The notes: generated by a model from the letters alone, not told the origin. A stretch of 64,000 nucleotides of DNA from Candidatus Micrarchaeota archaeon (GCA_040757035.1 JBFLYM010000002.1:4300-68299), one strand, 5' to 3'. Shown: positions 36,497 through 47,634, counted from the stretch's first letter. Translations and numbers: made by a program.

Positions 36497-37522
36497 ATGA
36501 ATACGCTTGGAAGATTATTGCGAATAAGCATTTTTGGAGAATCGCATGGTGAATGTGTCGGAATAGTAATTGACGGATGTCCGCCAGGACTTCATCTTAG
36601 TGCATCAGACTTAATTTTTGATTTAGAGAGAAGAAAAGGAAGCCAAAGGAAAATTGGTACAACTTCGCGCATTGAAGCAGACGTTCCGCTGATAAAAACC
36701 GGAATTTTTAACGGCAGAACTACTGGTGCGCCGATTTTAATAATGTTTGAGAATAAAGACGTAGATTCGAAAATGTATGAAAAACTTAAGGATAATCCAA
36801 GACCAGGACATGCGGATTTGGTTGCAAAACAAAAATTTGATGGATTTAACGATTATCGCGGAACCGGACATTTCTCGGGACGACTTACAATTGGGCTAGT
36901 TGCTGCAGGCGTAATAGCAAAAAAGATTATAGCAAAAAAACTTCTGAAAAATGCGAAAAATGTCAAAATCAAAGCAACAATAATTGAAGTTGGCGGTATA
37001 AAGAACATAAAAAAAGAGAGCATAAAAAAAGCTATAGATCATGCGGTAAAAAAGAACGATTCTGTAGGTGGAATTATAGAATGTAGAATAAGTGGACTAC
37101 CTTGTAGTTTGGGTGAACCGTTTTTTGATTCTGCAGAATCTCTTATTTCTCATGCAATATTCTCTATACCAGGAGTAAAAGGAATAGAATTTGGTTCTGG
37201 TTTTAAATGCGCGTCTATGTATGGAAGCGAATGTAATGATGAGATAATTGACATAAAAGGAAAAACAAAGACAAACAATGCCGGAGGAATAAATGGTGGA
37301 ATAACCAATGGAAACGATGTAGTTTTTCGTATAGCAATAAGACCAACTTCAAGCATAAGTAAAATTCAGAACATCATTGATCTAAAAACAGGTAAAATAT
37401 CAAAGATTTCAATCGAAGGAAGGCACGATAGGTGCATAGCTCTCAGAATACCGGTTATAGTTGAAGCAATTTCTGCTTTGGTTTTTGCCGATTTAATGCT
37501 TTTAAATGAGAATGTTAGATGA
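36497..37522 (+). CDS. aroC: chorismate synthase
   Basis: N-terminal RISIFGESHG signature. Confidence 0.9.
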   Translation: MNTLGRLLRISIFGESHGECVGIVIDGCPPGLHLSASDLIFDLERRKGSQRKIGTTSRIEADVPLIKTGIFNGRTTGAPILIMFENKDVDSKMYEKLKDNPRPGHADLVAKQKFDGFNDYRGTGHFSGRLTIGLVAAGVIAKKIIAKKLLKNAKNVKIKATIIEVGGIKNIKKESIKKAIDHAVKKNDSVGGIIECRISGLPCSLGEPFFDSAESLISHAIFSIPGVKGIEFGSGFKCASMYGSECNDEIIDIKGKTKTNNAGGINGGITNGNDVVFRIAIRPTSSISKIQNIIDLKTGKISKISIEGRHDRCIALRIPVIVEAISALVFADLMLLNENVR

Positions 37523-37550
37523 AAATTTTAGATAAAAAAAGGGTAATCTT

Positions 37551-38627
37551 ATGAATGATGAAAAGATGCGGAATATTGAAAAGATGCGGAAAAAAGTGGA
37601 ATTGATAGATTACGAAATACTAAAACTCATAAATGAGCGTATGGAGTTCGCGGTAAAACTGAAAAAACTGAAGACCACTATCGCGGATCCAAAGCGAGAA
37701 GAAGAAGTAATTAATTATGTGTGTAATCGTTCGCACAATATATTATCTCCAAGTTTTTCTAAGACATTAATTATGCAGATAATAGAAGAAAGCAAAAGAT
37801 TACAGGCAAAGGATATGAAACTAATCGGATTCCAAGGCGAACATGGTGCGTATAGCGAACTCGCAGCGCGTTCTTACAATAATTCGCTGGTTCCAATTCC
37901 ATGCGCAGAATTTGCGGAAATCTTTGAAAGTATAGAAAAAGGGATACTTGATTATGGAATAGTTCCTGTGGAAAATTCGCTCGAAGGTTCGGTTGTTCAA
38001 GTGAACGATCTTTTTATTGAGACTGACTTAAAAATAATTGGAGAAATTAACATGCCAATCCATCATAATTTACTCGCTCTTCCAGAAACAAACTATCGCG
38101 ATATAAAATCGGTGTACTCGCATTCGCAAGCGCTCGCACAATGCCATCAATTTATTTCAAGGAATAATCTTGAACCAAGACCTTTTTATGATACTGCTGG
38201 CGCTGCAAAAATGCTCTCAAAAGAAAGATTGCCGGATACAGCGGTAATTGCGAGTAGTCTTTGCGCGCAACTTTACAATTTAGAGGTAATAAAGGAAAAT
38301 ATTGAAGATCACGCATCAAATTCAACAAGATTTGTGATAATTTCTCGCGAAGAAAGCGCGGAAAACGGAAACAAGTGTTCAATACTTTTTTCTACTAAGC
38401 ATGAAGCTGGGGCGCTATTCAGAATACTTAAAATTTTTTCAGATGCGCGCGTAAATCTCACGCGAATAGAATCTCGGAGAATTAGAGGCGATCAGCGTAA
38501 CTATGCGTTTCTTTTGGATTTTCAAGGCTGTAAAGATAATAAGAAAATAGAGGATGCACTTAACGAAGTTAAGAAGGATGCGATCATGTACAAATTCATG
38601 GGTTGTTATAAGGAAGCATGTGAGTAA
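37551..38627 (+). CDS. pheA: bifunctional chorismate mutase / prephenate dehydratase (P-protein) with ACT domain
   Basis: N-terminal AroQ-type CM helix (IDYEILKLINERMEFAVKLKK), a PDT domain (IGFQGEHGAYSELAA...TRF) and a C-terminal ACT domain. Confidence 0.8.
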   Translation: MNDEKMRNIEKMRKKVELIDYEILKLINERMEFAVKLKKLKTTIADPKREEEVINYVCNRSHNILSPSFSKTLIMQIIEESKRLQAKDMKLIGFQGEHGAYSELAARSYNNSLVPIPCAEFAEIFESIEKGILDYGIVPVENSLEGSVVQVNDLFIETDLKIIGEINMPIHHNLLALPETNYRDIKSVYSHSQALAQCHQFISRNNLEPRPFYDTAGAAKMLSKERLPDTAVIASSLCAQLYNLEVIKENIEDHASNSTRFVIISREESAENGNKCSILFSTKHEAGALFRILKIFSDARVNLTRIESRRIRGDQRNYAFLLDFQGCKDNKKIEDALNEVKKDAIMYKFMGCYKEACE

Positions 38628-38644
38628 ACATCTAAAGTGGACGT

Positions 38645-39430
38645 ATGCGCATAGCGATTATAGGAACTGGAAATATAGGAAGTTGGCTTACAAAGGAATT
38701 TTCATCAGAGCATGAAATAGCAGTATACAACCGTACGTTAGAAAAAGCTGAACTGCTTGCAAAGAAAATCAAAAAAGTGCGCGTGCTTTCTGGATTTAGC
38801 GAGCTTAATGATTTTGCTCCAGAACTTCTGATAAATGCGGTTAGTCTTCCAAACACCGTTTCTGTATTTCAAGAAGCAGTGAAATATATTCCAAAAGGTT
38901 GCGTTATTTGCGATGTTGCTTCAATAAAAGGTGAAATTCCAAAATACTACAAAGAATCTGGTTTTAAATTTGTATCGGTACACCCAATGTTTGGCCCAAC
39001 ATTTGCAAATATTAAAAATTTAAGTGAAGAAAGCGCAGTAATAATAAAAGAATCCGATCTCCAAATTGCGGCATTTTTCAGGAAGTTTTTTCAGTCGTTA
39101 AAATTAAAAATTTTTGAATACACTTTTGACGAACATGATAAAATAATGGCATATTCACTTACCATTCCATTCATATCCACTCTTGTGTTTGCTGCATGTA
39201 TAGATAAAACTACGGTCCCTGGCACAACGTTTAAAAAGCATATTCACATCGCAAAAGGATTACTTTCAGAAAACGATTGGCTTCTTGCAGAGATTCTGTT
39301 CAATTTGGATTCTTTAAAAGAATTAGAAAAAATTATTTCAAGGCTGGAATTCTTGAAGCACATAATAAAAGGAAAGGATTACGAAGAAGCAAAACGTTTC
39401 TTCAGAAAGTTAAGGAAAAATGTTTACTAA
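38645..39430 (+). CDS. tyrA: prephenate dehydrogenase
   Basis: MRIAIIGTGNIGSWL Rossmann fold and HPMFGP motif. Confidence 0.75.
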   Translation: MRIAIIGTGNIGSWLTKEFSSEHEIAVYNRTLEKAELLAKKIKKVRVLSGFSELNDFAPELLINAVSLPNTVSVFQEAVKYIPKGCVICDVASIKGEIPKYYKESGFKFVSVHPMFGPTFANIKNLSEESAVIIKESDLQIAAFFRKFFQSLKLKIFEYTFDEHDKIMAYSLTIPFISTLVFAACIDKTTVPGTTFKKHIHIAKGLLSENDWLLAEILFNLDSLKELEKIISRLEFLKHIIKGKDYEEAKRFFRKLRKNVY

Positions 39431-39442
39431 TAATTGCGAAAG

Positions 39443-40750
39443 TCAGGTAGATTGCTTCAATAAATCCAATGGTTTCACATTAAATGTGGGTGAAAAACAC
39501 TTGTTACATATTCTATCAATAAATCTACCTAAGAAAATCTTGGTCATTAGATGAACATAATACATGCCATTTTTTGTTACCTTAAATTCACCATTATTTA
39601 GATTTATAATTCCTAAAAAGCGAAGTGCATGTAGAAGACCTTTTATCCGAGAATTATTTATATCACATCCAAAAATATTCTTAAATTCATTTTGTTTAAA
39701 ACCCATTGAGTATAAGCTCATCATCACAAATTCCGCCATTCTTTCCTCCACCGAGAAATCGATCCCACACACTATCGGTAGATGTTCATTACTTAAGGCT
39801 TTAATATATTCATCTACCAAATTCGTATTCCCGTACATTTGACCATCTACTTTCGATAACGCACCTGCTCCAAATCCGAAATATTCATCTCTCTCAACAG
39901 AGCCGTATGGGGTATAACCTTCTTTAATAAAACTCCAGACCGAGCAAGGTTTATACCCTCTATCCAGTAGAAACTTGGTGAGAATATCGTACATTGTTCT
40001 ATCACTTTTCTTACCTGGAAGTTTTAAAAGCCCTCTTTTAACGTCTTTATACCATCGATTAAAAGAAAATAGAACTACAGGATAAGTTGCTATTTGAGGT
40101 ATACCTAAGGATGTTGCAATCTCCAAATCGGAAATTAAATTTTCAACTCTCTGAGATGGTAAAGAGAACATTAGATCAATACTGAAAGTATCAAAATATC
40201 CACAATCTACAATCAGTTTTATTGCATTTATTGCTGTTTCGGACGTGTGACTTCTCCTTCCTATAGCTTTTAAGATACTATCGTTAAAAGATTCAACTCC
40301 CATGCTGATTTTCCTTACTCCGACACTGGAAAGCATCTCAAGTACTTTTTGGGTTATGTCATCTGGATTAGCTTCTACGCCTATTTCTTTAATGTCAAAA
40401 TTCTCGTTAACATATTCTATTATTGAGCAAAGAGCATTTGGATTTATAGTAGGGGTTCCTCCACCAATATATAAACTGTTTATTTTGAGATTATCTAATA
40501 AGTCTTTGTATAGTTTGATTTCTCTTTTGAGGGATTCAACATATCCTTCTATTTTTTGGGCATTGTATTTAAATCTAATAAATCCGCAATAAGGACATGG
40601 AATTTTACAAAAGGGAATATGAATATATAATCCAATTTCACCTTCACTCTTGTAAATGCGTGGAATAAATCCACTTTTTATTTCAATTTGATCAAGCATC
40701 ATTCTTGTCGTTTCTTCTATAATTTTTTCCTTGATCACAATTCTCATCAT
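39443..40750 (-). CDS. radical SAM protein, HemN/HemW-like (oxygen-independent coproporphyrinogen oxidase family)
   Basis: HIPFCKIPCPYCGF cluster motif and GGGTP motif. About 435 aa. Confidence 0.6.
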   Translation of the reverse strand: MMRIVIKEKIIEETTRMMLDQIEIKSGFIPRIYKSEGEIGLYIHIPFCKIPCPYCGFIRFKYNAQKIEGYVESLKREIKLYKDLLDNLKINSLYIGGGTPTINPNALCSIIEYVNENFDIKEIGVEANPDDITQKVLEMLSSVGVRKISMGVESFNDSILKAIGRRSHTSETAINAIKLIVDCGYFDTFSIDLMFSLPSQRVENLISDLEIATSLGIPQIATYPVVLFSFNRWYKDVKRGLLKLPGKKSDRTMYDILTKFLLDRGYKPCSVWSFIKEGYTPYGSVERDEYFGFGAGALSKVDGQMYGNTNLVDEYIKALSNEHLPIVCGIDFSVEERMAEFVMMSLYSMGFKQNEFKNIFGCDINNSRIKGLLHALRFLGIINLNNGEFKVTKNGMYYVHLMTKIFLGRFIDRICNKCFSPTFNVKPLDLLKQST

Positions 40751-40756
40751 ATTTCT

Positions 40757-41110
40757 TTATTTTGAAAACTTCGTTGCCACAACATCTGCAATAACTCCAT
40801 ATACTATGCCAAAAGCAAGAAGTGGTAAACCGCCAATGACATTTCCATCAACTATTGGAATAATGCTCATAGCCATTGTTATTATTACTCCGATTGCAGC
40901 ACCTCTCAAAACTGGATGTAGTTTTATGCTATCTCCGATGCCGATAAAAAATCCAATCAGTACCCTATTGTACACGATGGAAGCCAGGATTCCGGTGGTT
41001 ACTACAAAATTCGCTCCCCCGCTATCGGCCATCATCTTGGCACCGTAGGCACAAAAAAGCCCGCATAGCAATCCTATCGCCGTTGCGATTAAAATTCTTT
41101 TTGTGTTCAT
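40757..41110 (-). CDS. small integral membrane protein
   Basis: 117 aa with 3-4 predicted TM helices. Confidence 0.4.
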   Translation of the reverse strand: MNTKRILIATAIGLLCGLFCAYGAKMMADSGGANFVVTTGILASIVYNRVLIGFFIGIGDSIKLHPVLRGAAIGVIITMAMSIIPIVDGNVIGGLPLLAFGIVYGVIADVVATKFSK

Positions 41111-41230
41111 TTTATTTTCACCTCCTTTTGTTTTTTATTTTAATTTTGTTCGACCTTTAGGTATTTTAGATTTTTAATATTTTCATTTTTGCGTCCTCAA
41201 TAATCCAATTCATGGTTTTTTGGTTTTAAT

Positions 41231-42082
41231 TCACGTTAGCATAAGCATAAAAACATCTCCTATAATTACGCTTATAATCAGTCCTAAAAGTATAAATGGA
41301 AGAAATGGTGGAAGTTTTGTATATACATATATTTCTTTTATCTTTAATTGTTTCAACCTTTCGAGTTCTTTTGCATCCAACAATCTTTTTATGTTATGTT
41401 CTTTTACCAGTAAAGGCATAAGCTCAAGTACTGCAATCTCTTCCTCATCTACTTTGGAAATAGGAACTTTTCTTGCCATGCATTCCATTATCCGTTCTTT
41501 ATAAATCATGAATAATATTAGCGAAATTATAAGCACGCTTAATGTAATCAAATATACCGGACCAAAAATTCCAACCGAATAAATAAAATAGATAAGTATT
41601 GCGTATATTGGTGCGAGCAATAAATACTCAAATTTACCTTTTATTCTTTTGAGAATTATATTCTGCAATATGAAATAAATAAAATAAAGGGCAAAGAACA
41701 GACCTGATAAAATTATGATTGAAAACACAATTGGAATGTTGAGCGATACATTTGTGTAGGATGGAAATATCGGTACAAGTAGTGCAATTGAAGTCAATAC
41801 ATAAATGTCAGCACCGCCTATATAGCCCATTCTATAAAAAAAGTACCCGAATAGAAAAATTATTGCAGCAACAAAAACGGAATAAACAAAAACATCATAC
41901 TGAAAAAAAACAAGATTCACAGCAAATGCTATTGCAAGAAACGCATAAAGCAAATTATTAGGAACGTTTTTATTGTTTTTAATATCGTACCAACTTGCGA
42001 TTGCTGTTCCAATTACAGCGACTACAACGCGTACTAATTCGCCAGACATCGTCATTTTTTCAATAAAACAATTTTCAAGCAT
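41231..42082 (-). CDS. prepilin/preflagellin peptidase (A24 family, FlaK/PibD-like)
   Basis: Polytopic membrane protein with the two catalytic Asp contexts ASWYDIKNN and GGADIYVL (GxGD-like). Confidence 0.5.
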   Translation of the reverse strand: MLENCFIEKMTMSGELVRVVVAVIGTAIASWYDIKNNKNVPNNLLYAFLAIAFAVNLVFFQYDVFVYSVFVAAIIFLFGYFFYRMGYIGGADIYVLTSIALLVPIFPSYTNVSLNIPIVFSIIILSGLFFALYFIYFILQNIILKRIKGKFEYLLLAPIYAILIYFIYSVGIFGPVYLITLSVLIISLILFMIYKERIMECMARKVPISKVDEEEIAVLELMPLLVKEHNIKRLLDAKELERLKQLKIKEIYVYTKLPPFLPFILLGLIISVIIGDVFMLMLT

Positions 42083-42106
42083 TTACTAAACCTTTAATCC
42101 TCAATC

Positions 42107-43189
42107 TCATTGGTTCTGAATATCCTGAAGGAATTCATCGTATATCTTTACAACTGAAAGATTTAAACACTTTACTTTTTTTCCTAATTTTTCTGCAATG
42201 TTCGGTTTGGTTCTTCCATTATCCCCGTTTATGAATTCTTTTATGTATGTACCTGCTTCGGCAACTATATAAATCTTGGACGAACCGATTATCTGCAAAT
42301 CAAGGATTTTTCGTTTTCTTATCAAATTACTTCTTCTGTGCAAAACCCTTTCCGGTGTTTGCTGATATATTGTTTTACCACCGAAAGAAAGGATTTTCTT
42401 TTTATCTGTAGAAGAAAGCCTTATTCCTATCTCCGCTTGATAGGCCTTGTCAAAATGCGAGTCTGATACCAAAGCGACTTCGGAGTTTGAAACGTATTTT
42501 AGGTCGCTTATTTTCACTTTTTTTGATTTATTCACGCGATTTAACAAAATTTTCAGATCAAGTTTGTTTTTTGTTGGGGCGCGCAGTTCAAGAACAAAGG
42601 CTCTTCCGGCAACATTAAGGACATCGATATCCTCTCTGCCAGAACAATGCAGTTCGGCATCTTTCGCTCCGTAAATTTCTCTGGCTTCTTTTCCGATTAT
42701 CGCTTCAATTGAATTATATTTTATGCCGGCAAAACCGCATTTTTCGCATCCTTTTCCGTTGCATGACTTACATGTCCATTCGCTTTGCGCAAGATTTGTA
42801 CAAAATTTTTTGTATTTTCCAAAAATGAAAATATCCGAATTTGAGAAATATACGCTATTTTTTATGAAATCAAACGTTATTTTTCCATCATTTTTGAAAA
42901 CGTTGTACTCCACTCCTTTTTTTACGAGCGCAGAAACGATTTTTTTATTAAAATCATTTTTTATGCTTTCTGCAATTCCGAAATCCCAGACTTCTTCTTC
43001 GCGCGCCATTATTTCGCGCGGAATTTCTGTACTTATTGCGAACGATTTCCATTCTTTCGGAAGTGACAGATTTTTAAGCATTTTGTTCAAGCGTGCGCTC
43101 GCGCCTTTGCATATAAAACATTGTTCATTCGCGCATTTTTTGAATTTTGATAAGTTCCTTTTTTTACAGTATATACAAAGTTTTATCAT
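42107..43189 (-). CDS. pus10: tRNA pseudouridine(54/55) synthase Pus10
   Basis: N-terminal CxxC...CxxC zinc module, internal CKSCNGKGCEKC, and the catalytic region with HCSGREDIDV and GTYIKEF. Confidence 0.7.
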   Translation of the reverse strand: MIKLCIYCKKRNLSKFKKCANEQCFICKGASARLNKMLKNLSLPKEWKSFAISTEIPREIMAREEEVWDFGIAESIKNDFNKKIVSALVKKGVEYNVFKNDGKITFDFIKNSVYFSNSDIFIFGKYKKFCTNLAQSEWTCKSCNGKGCEKCGFAGIKYNSIEAIIGKEAREIYGAKDAELHCSGREDIDVLNVAGRAFVLELRAPTKNKLDLKILLNRVNKSKKVKISDLKYVSNSEVALVSDSHFDKAYQAEIGIRLSSTDKKKILSFGGKTIYQQTPERVLHRRSNLIRKRKILDLQIIGSSKIYIVAEAGTYIKEFINGDNGRTKPNIAEKLGKKVKCLNLSVVKIYDEFLQDIQNQ

Positions 43190-43246
43190 ATCATTTATCT
43201 CAATTCAAATTCATCCCAATCCAAGTTTGTTATTTGGATAGATTTA

Positions 43247-43963
43247 TTACCTAATTATTTTTCCATCGCTGGAAATCATCCAATATGTTTTATCAAAGTC
43301 GCTGTTCATTGGAATGAACTCTGCGTTTATCTTTTCATGCGCGCTTAAAGATTTCTTCAGTTTTTCAAACTCGCTTGGCGTTATTTCAAATATTTTTTTA
43401 TTTGCTCTTGCTTCACCTAATTTTGGATCAAATTGAAATATTCTCCATTGTTTTATTGGTCTGTTTTTGAGTAGTGCTGCAATTTTTTTGATTTCATTTA
43501 AGTTTGTTTTAGTTGCAACTGTTGTGATGCGTACGTTGCGTTTTGTTGCGAGTAAATCTAAAACTTTGAGCGTATGCTTCAGGCTTCCTCTTCCTATGGC
43601 ATAATTTGTTGTTTCATTTGCTCCGTCAATAGGCAAATTAATCAAATCAAAATGCTTGATAATATTACTTATATTATTTTCGTCAATTAAAACTCCATTC
43701 GTATGCAAAAATACTTTCATTCCAAGTTTTCTCACGAAATCCGCGAGAATAAAAATATCCCTTCTCAAAAGCGGTTCGCCACCTGAAAAAACAAAATATT
43801 TTATCTTCCGTGCGCTTATTTTTTTGATTAATTTTTTTGCGTGTTCTGTATTCAACTCTAAGCGTTTCTCCTTTCCGAAGCAAAATTTACAATTAAGATT
43901 ACATGCGTTTGTACATGTCCACACTGCAATCTTTCTTTTATTTTCTGCCTGCAATAAATCCAT
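43247..43963 (-). CDS. radical SAM protein (small, function unknown)
   Basis: CTNACNLNCKFC cluster motif and FSGGEPLL motif. 238 aa. Confidence 0.6.
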   Translation of the reverse strand: MDLLQAENKRKIAVWTCTNACNLNCKFCFGKEKRLELNTEHAKKLIKKISARKIKYFVFSGGEPLLRRDIFILADFVRKLGMKVFLHTNGVLIDENNISNIIKHFDLINLPIDGANETTNYAIGRGSLKHTLKVLDLLATKRNVRITTVATKTNLNEIKKIAALLKNRPIKQWRIFQFDPKLGEARANKKIFEITPSEFEKLKKSLSAHEKINAEFIPMNSDFDKTYWMISSDGKIIR

Positions 43964-43964
43964 A

Positions 43965-44651
43965 TTATTCCTTCGCTGAAGTGTGTAGTATGTTCAAAAG
44001 TTTTTCCCTATCCATGTACCCCTCATATTTTTTATTATTAACAATAATCGCTGGCACTCGCGTAACATTTTGCATTCTAATAAACATTTTGACAGGAGGG
44101 CTGTCTACATGTATATCAAATGCATAAACCGTAATATTAATCTTTGAACGTATTTGATCTATTATAATTCCCTGATCAACCCGTGCATCATAGTTTTCAT
44201 TTGAATAGAAATAGAGAAGGATGGTATGCGTTGCATTGCATTTTTTCTGAGTTTTTTCTAATAAAAGATAGTTTCTAAGCTGAAGTAGATTGTAGCTTGC
44301 CTTGAATCTCATTACTTCTGAATCCATCTTTCCTTTTTGATTTTCCATAAAATCTATTTTTTTCCCAAACTCTATTGCTTCTTCACCAAATTTGTTTAAC
44401 TGCTCCTTATAAAGCTCGCATACAAATTCATCGCTATAATTCATAAGAAACATAACCTCCAGAGCATAATCACTAACCCTCAGTTTTTCGTATTCATCCT
44501 TAATCTGTGAGATTGCTGAAAAAGCAATCTGCCATCCAATGAATATTCCAAGTAGAAATAGAATGCTCGCAATGATGAATGCGGTTATATAAATTGAGAT
44601 ATTTATCTTCCTTTCCATAGCTCTTGCCTTCCAATCATTTTCATTATACAT
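43965..44651 (-). CDS. membrane-anchored hypothetical protein
   Basis: Single N-terminal TM helix and a soluble domain with a lone CNATHTILLY motif. Confidence 0.35.
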   Translation of the reverse strand: MYNENDWKARAMERKINISIYITAFIIASILFLLGIFIGWQIAFSAISQIKDEYEKLRVSDYALEVMFLMNYSDEFVCELYKEQLNKFGEEAIEFGKKIDFMENQKGKMDSEVMRFKASYNLLQLRNYLLLEKTQKKCNATHTILLYFYSNENYDARVDQGIIIDQIRSKINITVYAFDIHVDSPPVKMFIRMQNVTRVPAIIVNNKKYEGYMDREKLLNILHTSAKE

Positions 44652-45814
44652 TTTCTAGTAATAATATATAACCAGAAAAATATTAAAAGAAAGGAGAATA
44701 CCATATAGGAGATGAAAAATACTACTGGGTTCTGCTCGTTAAACTGTCTTGAAATCAAATATAATACGAAAAAGATTAATAATGCTACTATAAAAAACAA
44801 GCCCAGATCGTATCCTTGAAGGTAAAACAGGTCAATGGAAAAGGATGGTAGACCAGCAAGATAGCCTGAATAAAGATATCTGTAGAGCGTATGAGTAGCA
44901 TTGGAAAAAGTATAGACGAATATGAATAAACCGAGGAATAAAAGTATGAGTCTCATTGGAAACATCAAGACTCCAAAATCGCCATATTTTTTAGAACATA
45001 GAAACCTATATCTATATGCATTTTCTAAAAAACCAGTATACCATCTGATTCTCTGTTTTAATAATTTCTGAATATTAACTGGTGATACCGTATGGACCCT
45101 CGTATTATATGAACTTTTTATCTTGTACTGCGCACTTTGGATTCTTAACGCTATCTCGGTATCCTCTGTAATGTTATTTTCATCAAAATAACCTATTTTT
45201 TCAAATATGCTTGCCTTATATACAGTAAAGGGACCCGGAGTTACCATAATCGCATCAAGAAAGGATAGAATTTTTGTGAAAAACGCAGAAACAAGGTATT
45301 CTATATATTGCATACTCTGAATAATATTTTCTGGTTCATGAACCTTTAAGACAAGCACCACGGCAGCTACTTTCTCATCCTCTTCAAAATAACCTAACAT
45401 ATAATTCAGGGCATTGGATTCAACAAAAGAATCCGCATCCAATGTTGCTATGAATTCACCCTTTGCCTTTTTTATTCCAATATTCACAGAATTTGCCTTT
45501 CCTGTATTTTTCTTGTTGATTAATACAACTTCCTTAAAAGTTTTTACAAACTCTGCGGTTTTATCAGTACTGCCATCGTTTATAACTATTATTTCAAGCT
45601 TTTCTTTGGGATAATTCAGCTTAAGTACCGATTCAATTGTTTTAGAAATTGTCTTTTCTTCATTATAAGCGGGTATAATTATACTAACCATCGGATTTCG
45701 CTTTGGAGATGGATCTGACAGATTCTGTATATTCTTAAAATAAATAAGCAGATAGAATACAATACTATATAATGATAAAAAATAGAATAGATACATAAAA
45801 AATACAAAGGACAT
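44603..45814 (-). CDS. family 2 glycosyltransferase with C-terminal TM region
   Basis: SIIIPAYNEE...VINDGSTD...DADS (DxD) motifs, QRIRWYTG motif, and flanking TM helices. Confidence 0.75.
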   Translation of the reverse strand: MSFVFFMYLFYFLSLYSIVFYLLIYFKNIQNLSDPSPKRNPMVSIIIPAYNEEKTISKTIESVLKLNYPKEKLEIIVINDGSTDKTAEFVKTFKEVVLINKKNTGKANSVNIGIKKAKGEFIATLDADSFVESNALNYMLGYFEEDEKVAAVVLVLKVHEPENIIQSMQYIEYLVSAFFTKILSFLDAIMVTPGPFTVYKASIFEKIGYFDENNITEDTEIALRIQSAQYKIKSSYNTRVHTVSPVNIQKLLKQRIRWYTGFLENAYRYRFLCSKKYGDFGVLMFPMRLILLFLGLFIFVYTFSNATHTLYRYLYSGYLAGLPSFSIDLFYLQGYDLGLFFIVALLIFFVLYLISRQFNEQNPVVFFISYMVFSFLLIFFWLYIITRKCIMKMIGRQELWKGR

Positions 45815-45837
45815 AAAAGATCTTGCTTTGTTTATTC

Positions 45838-46644
45838 TTAAACTTCATTTTTAATTATCGGTTTCGGAACAATAGTACCAAGTGATGAACGTATATCTTC
45901 AGTATGTGCTGTTTGTACGGCTTCTATATTAGCACGTATTATGGCCTCTATATCATCGTTATTCAATCCATTTTTCTTCATATCCCTAATCAATTCAACA
46001 AAATCCGCTGCATTCTCTTTTTTCTTTTCTTTGTTTTCCTCGCTTTCATTTGCAGTTATAATGTCTATAACTTTGGAATTATCTTTCTCTTCTATTATTT
46101 TATTTACTATATTATAAGCTTGATCGAGCATAGAAGGACTAAGCTTTTGAAGAAGATTTTGCATAATAATATTTTGCGTGTTTTTAATAATTCGATCAAC
46201 TTCCATTCTGATTCTATCGAATTCGCGTTCGTAGCCGTGGTCGATTGCGAAATCTTGCAGTTGCTTCATTGTACGAATATTATTCCAATTATCTAGGAGG
46301 GATTGTTGTTTTTCAGGGCTTGCTATTTTATAGATCCAACGCTTAGCAAGGTCAACCCCAATAGATTCGGAAATATCATTTATTACCTTGTCAGTTAATT
46401 TAATTGTTTTTAAATAAGAAACTAATTCTTTAGATACCTCGTCCTTTTCCTTTTTTGATAGTAGAGATATGCATAATTTATTATATAAATCTTTTATATT
46501 ATTTTTTTGATCATCGGTCAGAGTTTTTTCTTTCTGTATAATATTTATAATGTTTTCAACGTCACTCTTTACGCATTCCTGAGGAAATTGATCTTGAATC
46601 CGCTTCTTACTGTTATCAGCTCCAACGCTTATTAGACTGTTCAT
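45838..46644 (-). CDS. hypothetical protein
   Basis: 268 aa, helical and charged. Its 3'-proximal 85 bp (45971-46053) is duplicated at 47655-47739. Confidence 0.4.
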   Translation of the reverse strand: MNSLISVGADNSKKRIQDQFPQECVKSDVENIINIIQKEKTLTDDQKNNIKDLYNKLCISLLSKKEKDEVSKELVSYLKTIKLTDKVINDISESIGVDLAKRWIYKIASPEKQQSLLDNWNNIRTMKQLQDFAIDHGYEREFDRIRMEVDRIIKNTQNIIMQNLLQKLSPSMLDQAYNIVNKIIEEKDNSKVIDIITANESEENKEKKKENAADFVELIRDMKKNGLNNDDIEAIIRANIEAVQTAHTEDIRSSLGTIVPKPIIKNEV

Positions 46645-46695
46645 ACAAACAACACCAAAACGAATGTGTAATTATATTATTCTATTTTACATTAA

Positions 46696-47634
46696 TTACT
46701 TCGTTAGTTTTGCTAGACACGTATTAGAACCTATAATTGGGAGAGCGTATTCAGAATTTTTAGATTGAGAAACGATAATTAGAACAAATTGCATAGAACT
46801 ATTGCAATCACGTTTTGCTAACTCATAATCTTGTTCATCACATACGATGATATATTTTGAATTATTTATATCTGTTATAATTACTTTTGGTAATTTTTTT
46901 ATAGGTAGGTAAGGGTCGCGAGTTCCATCTTCACATGTTCTTCCATCTAAATAAATTATTGTACCCTCAATTTTCTTCTCTTTGTAATTAGGTTGAAATA
47001 TCTCAATCATTTCAGGTGAAACAGCAACAGTGTACCATATAGGTCCAAGTTTAAATGCATAAAATTCACATTTCAGATTATCTTTACCATAAGTTGGAAA
47101 AACATTATAACCAAAATTCACGTGCGCCCACCCCTTAGGGACATAATATAACATAGGACACACAATCCGAGAAGGTAAGTTTAGAAACCAACCATTAGTC
47201 TTTTTAAAATCTACCTGCTGGCCCCTGGTTGCCTTAGGATCATAATTAAAGCGTTGTATATTTGGATTAAGTTTCATCTCTTTTTCAGCATTTTCTAGCT
47301 CTGAAAATGGAATTGTCTGTAGTTCTTTTGCACACGCAAGCGGAATTTTAAACATACCTAGAATTTTGTCAACTGGAGTCGTATTTGTTTTTTGATTTTG
47401 TGGTAGAACTTGCTCAATTCCAGGTTTTTTGTTGTTATCTAGGGGGTTTTTAGTTTGAGTATTATACAGTGCGGGTCCAGATAATGGACTTATTAAAGAT
47501 GCCACCAATAAGGAACTTGCTAACTTTTTTGCTATTTCTTTTTTTCTTTGTATTTTCGGAGGTGTAATCTTCTCCACTTTTTTTTCATGTCCTACCATAA
47601 TCTTATTTATGAGACAAAAAATATATAAAACCAT
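46696..47634 (-). CDS. secreted hypothetical protein
   Basis: Signal-peptide-like KKLASSLLVASLISPLSGPALY and several Cys in the mature part. Confidence 0.4.
   Translation of the reverse strand: MVLYIFCLINKIMVGHEKKVEKITPPKIQRKKEIAKKLASSLLVASLISPLSGPALYNTQTKNPLDNNKKPGIEQVLPQNQKTNTTPVDKILGMFKIPLACAKELQTIPFSELENAEKEMKLNPNIQRFNYDPKATRGQQVDFKKTNGWFLNLPSRIVCPMLYYVPKGWAHVNFGYNVFPTYGKDNLKCEFYAFKLGPIWYTVAVSPEMIEIFQPNYKEKKIEGTIIYLDGRTCEDGTRDPYLPIKKLPKVIITDINNSKYIIVCDEQDYELAKRDCNSSMQFVLIIVSQSKNSEYALPIIGSNTCLAKLTK

Noticed and set aside
43965-44651. Thioredoxin/DsbA-like assignment for the membrane-anchored protein
   Set aside because: It has a single Cys (CNATHT) with no CxxC pair, so the assignment is unsupported.
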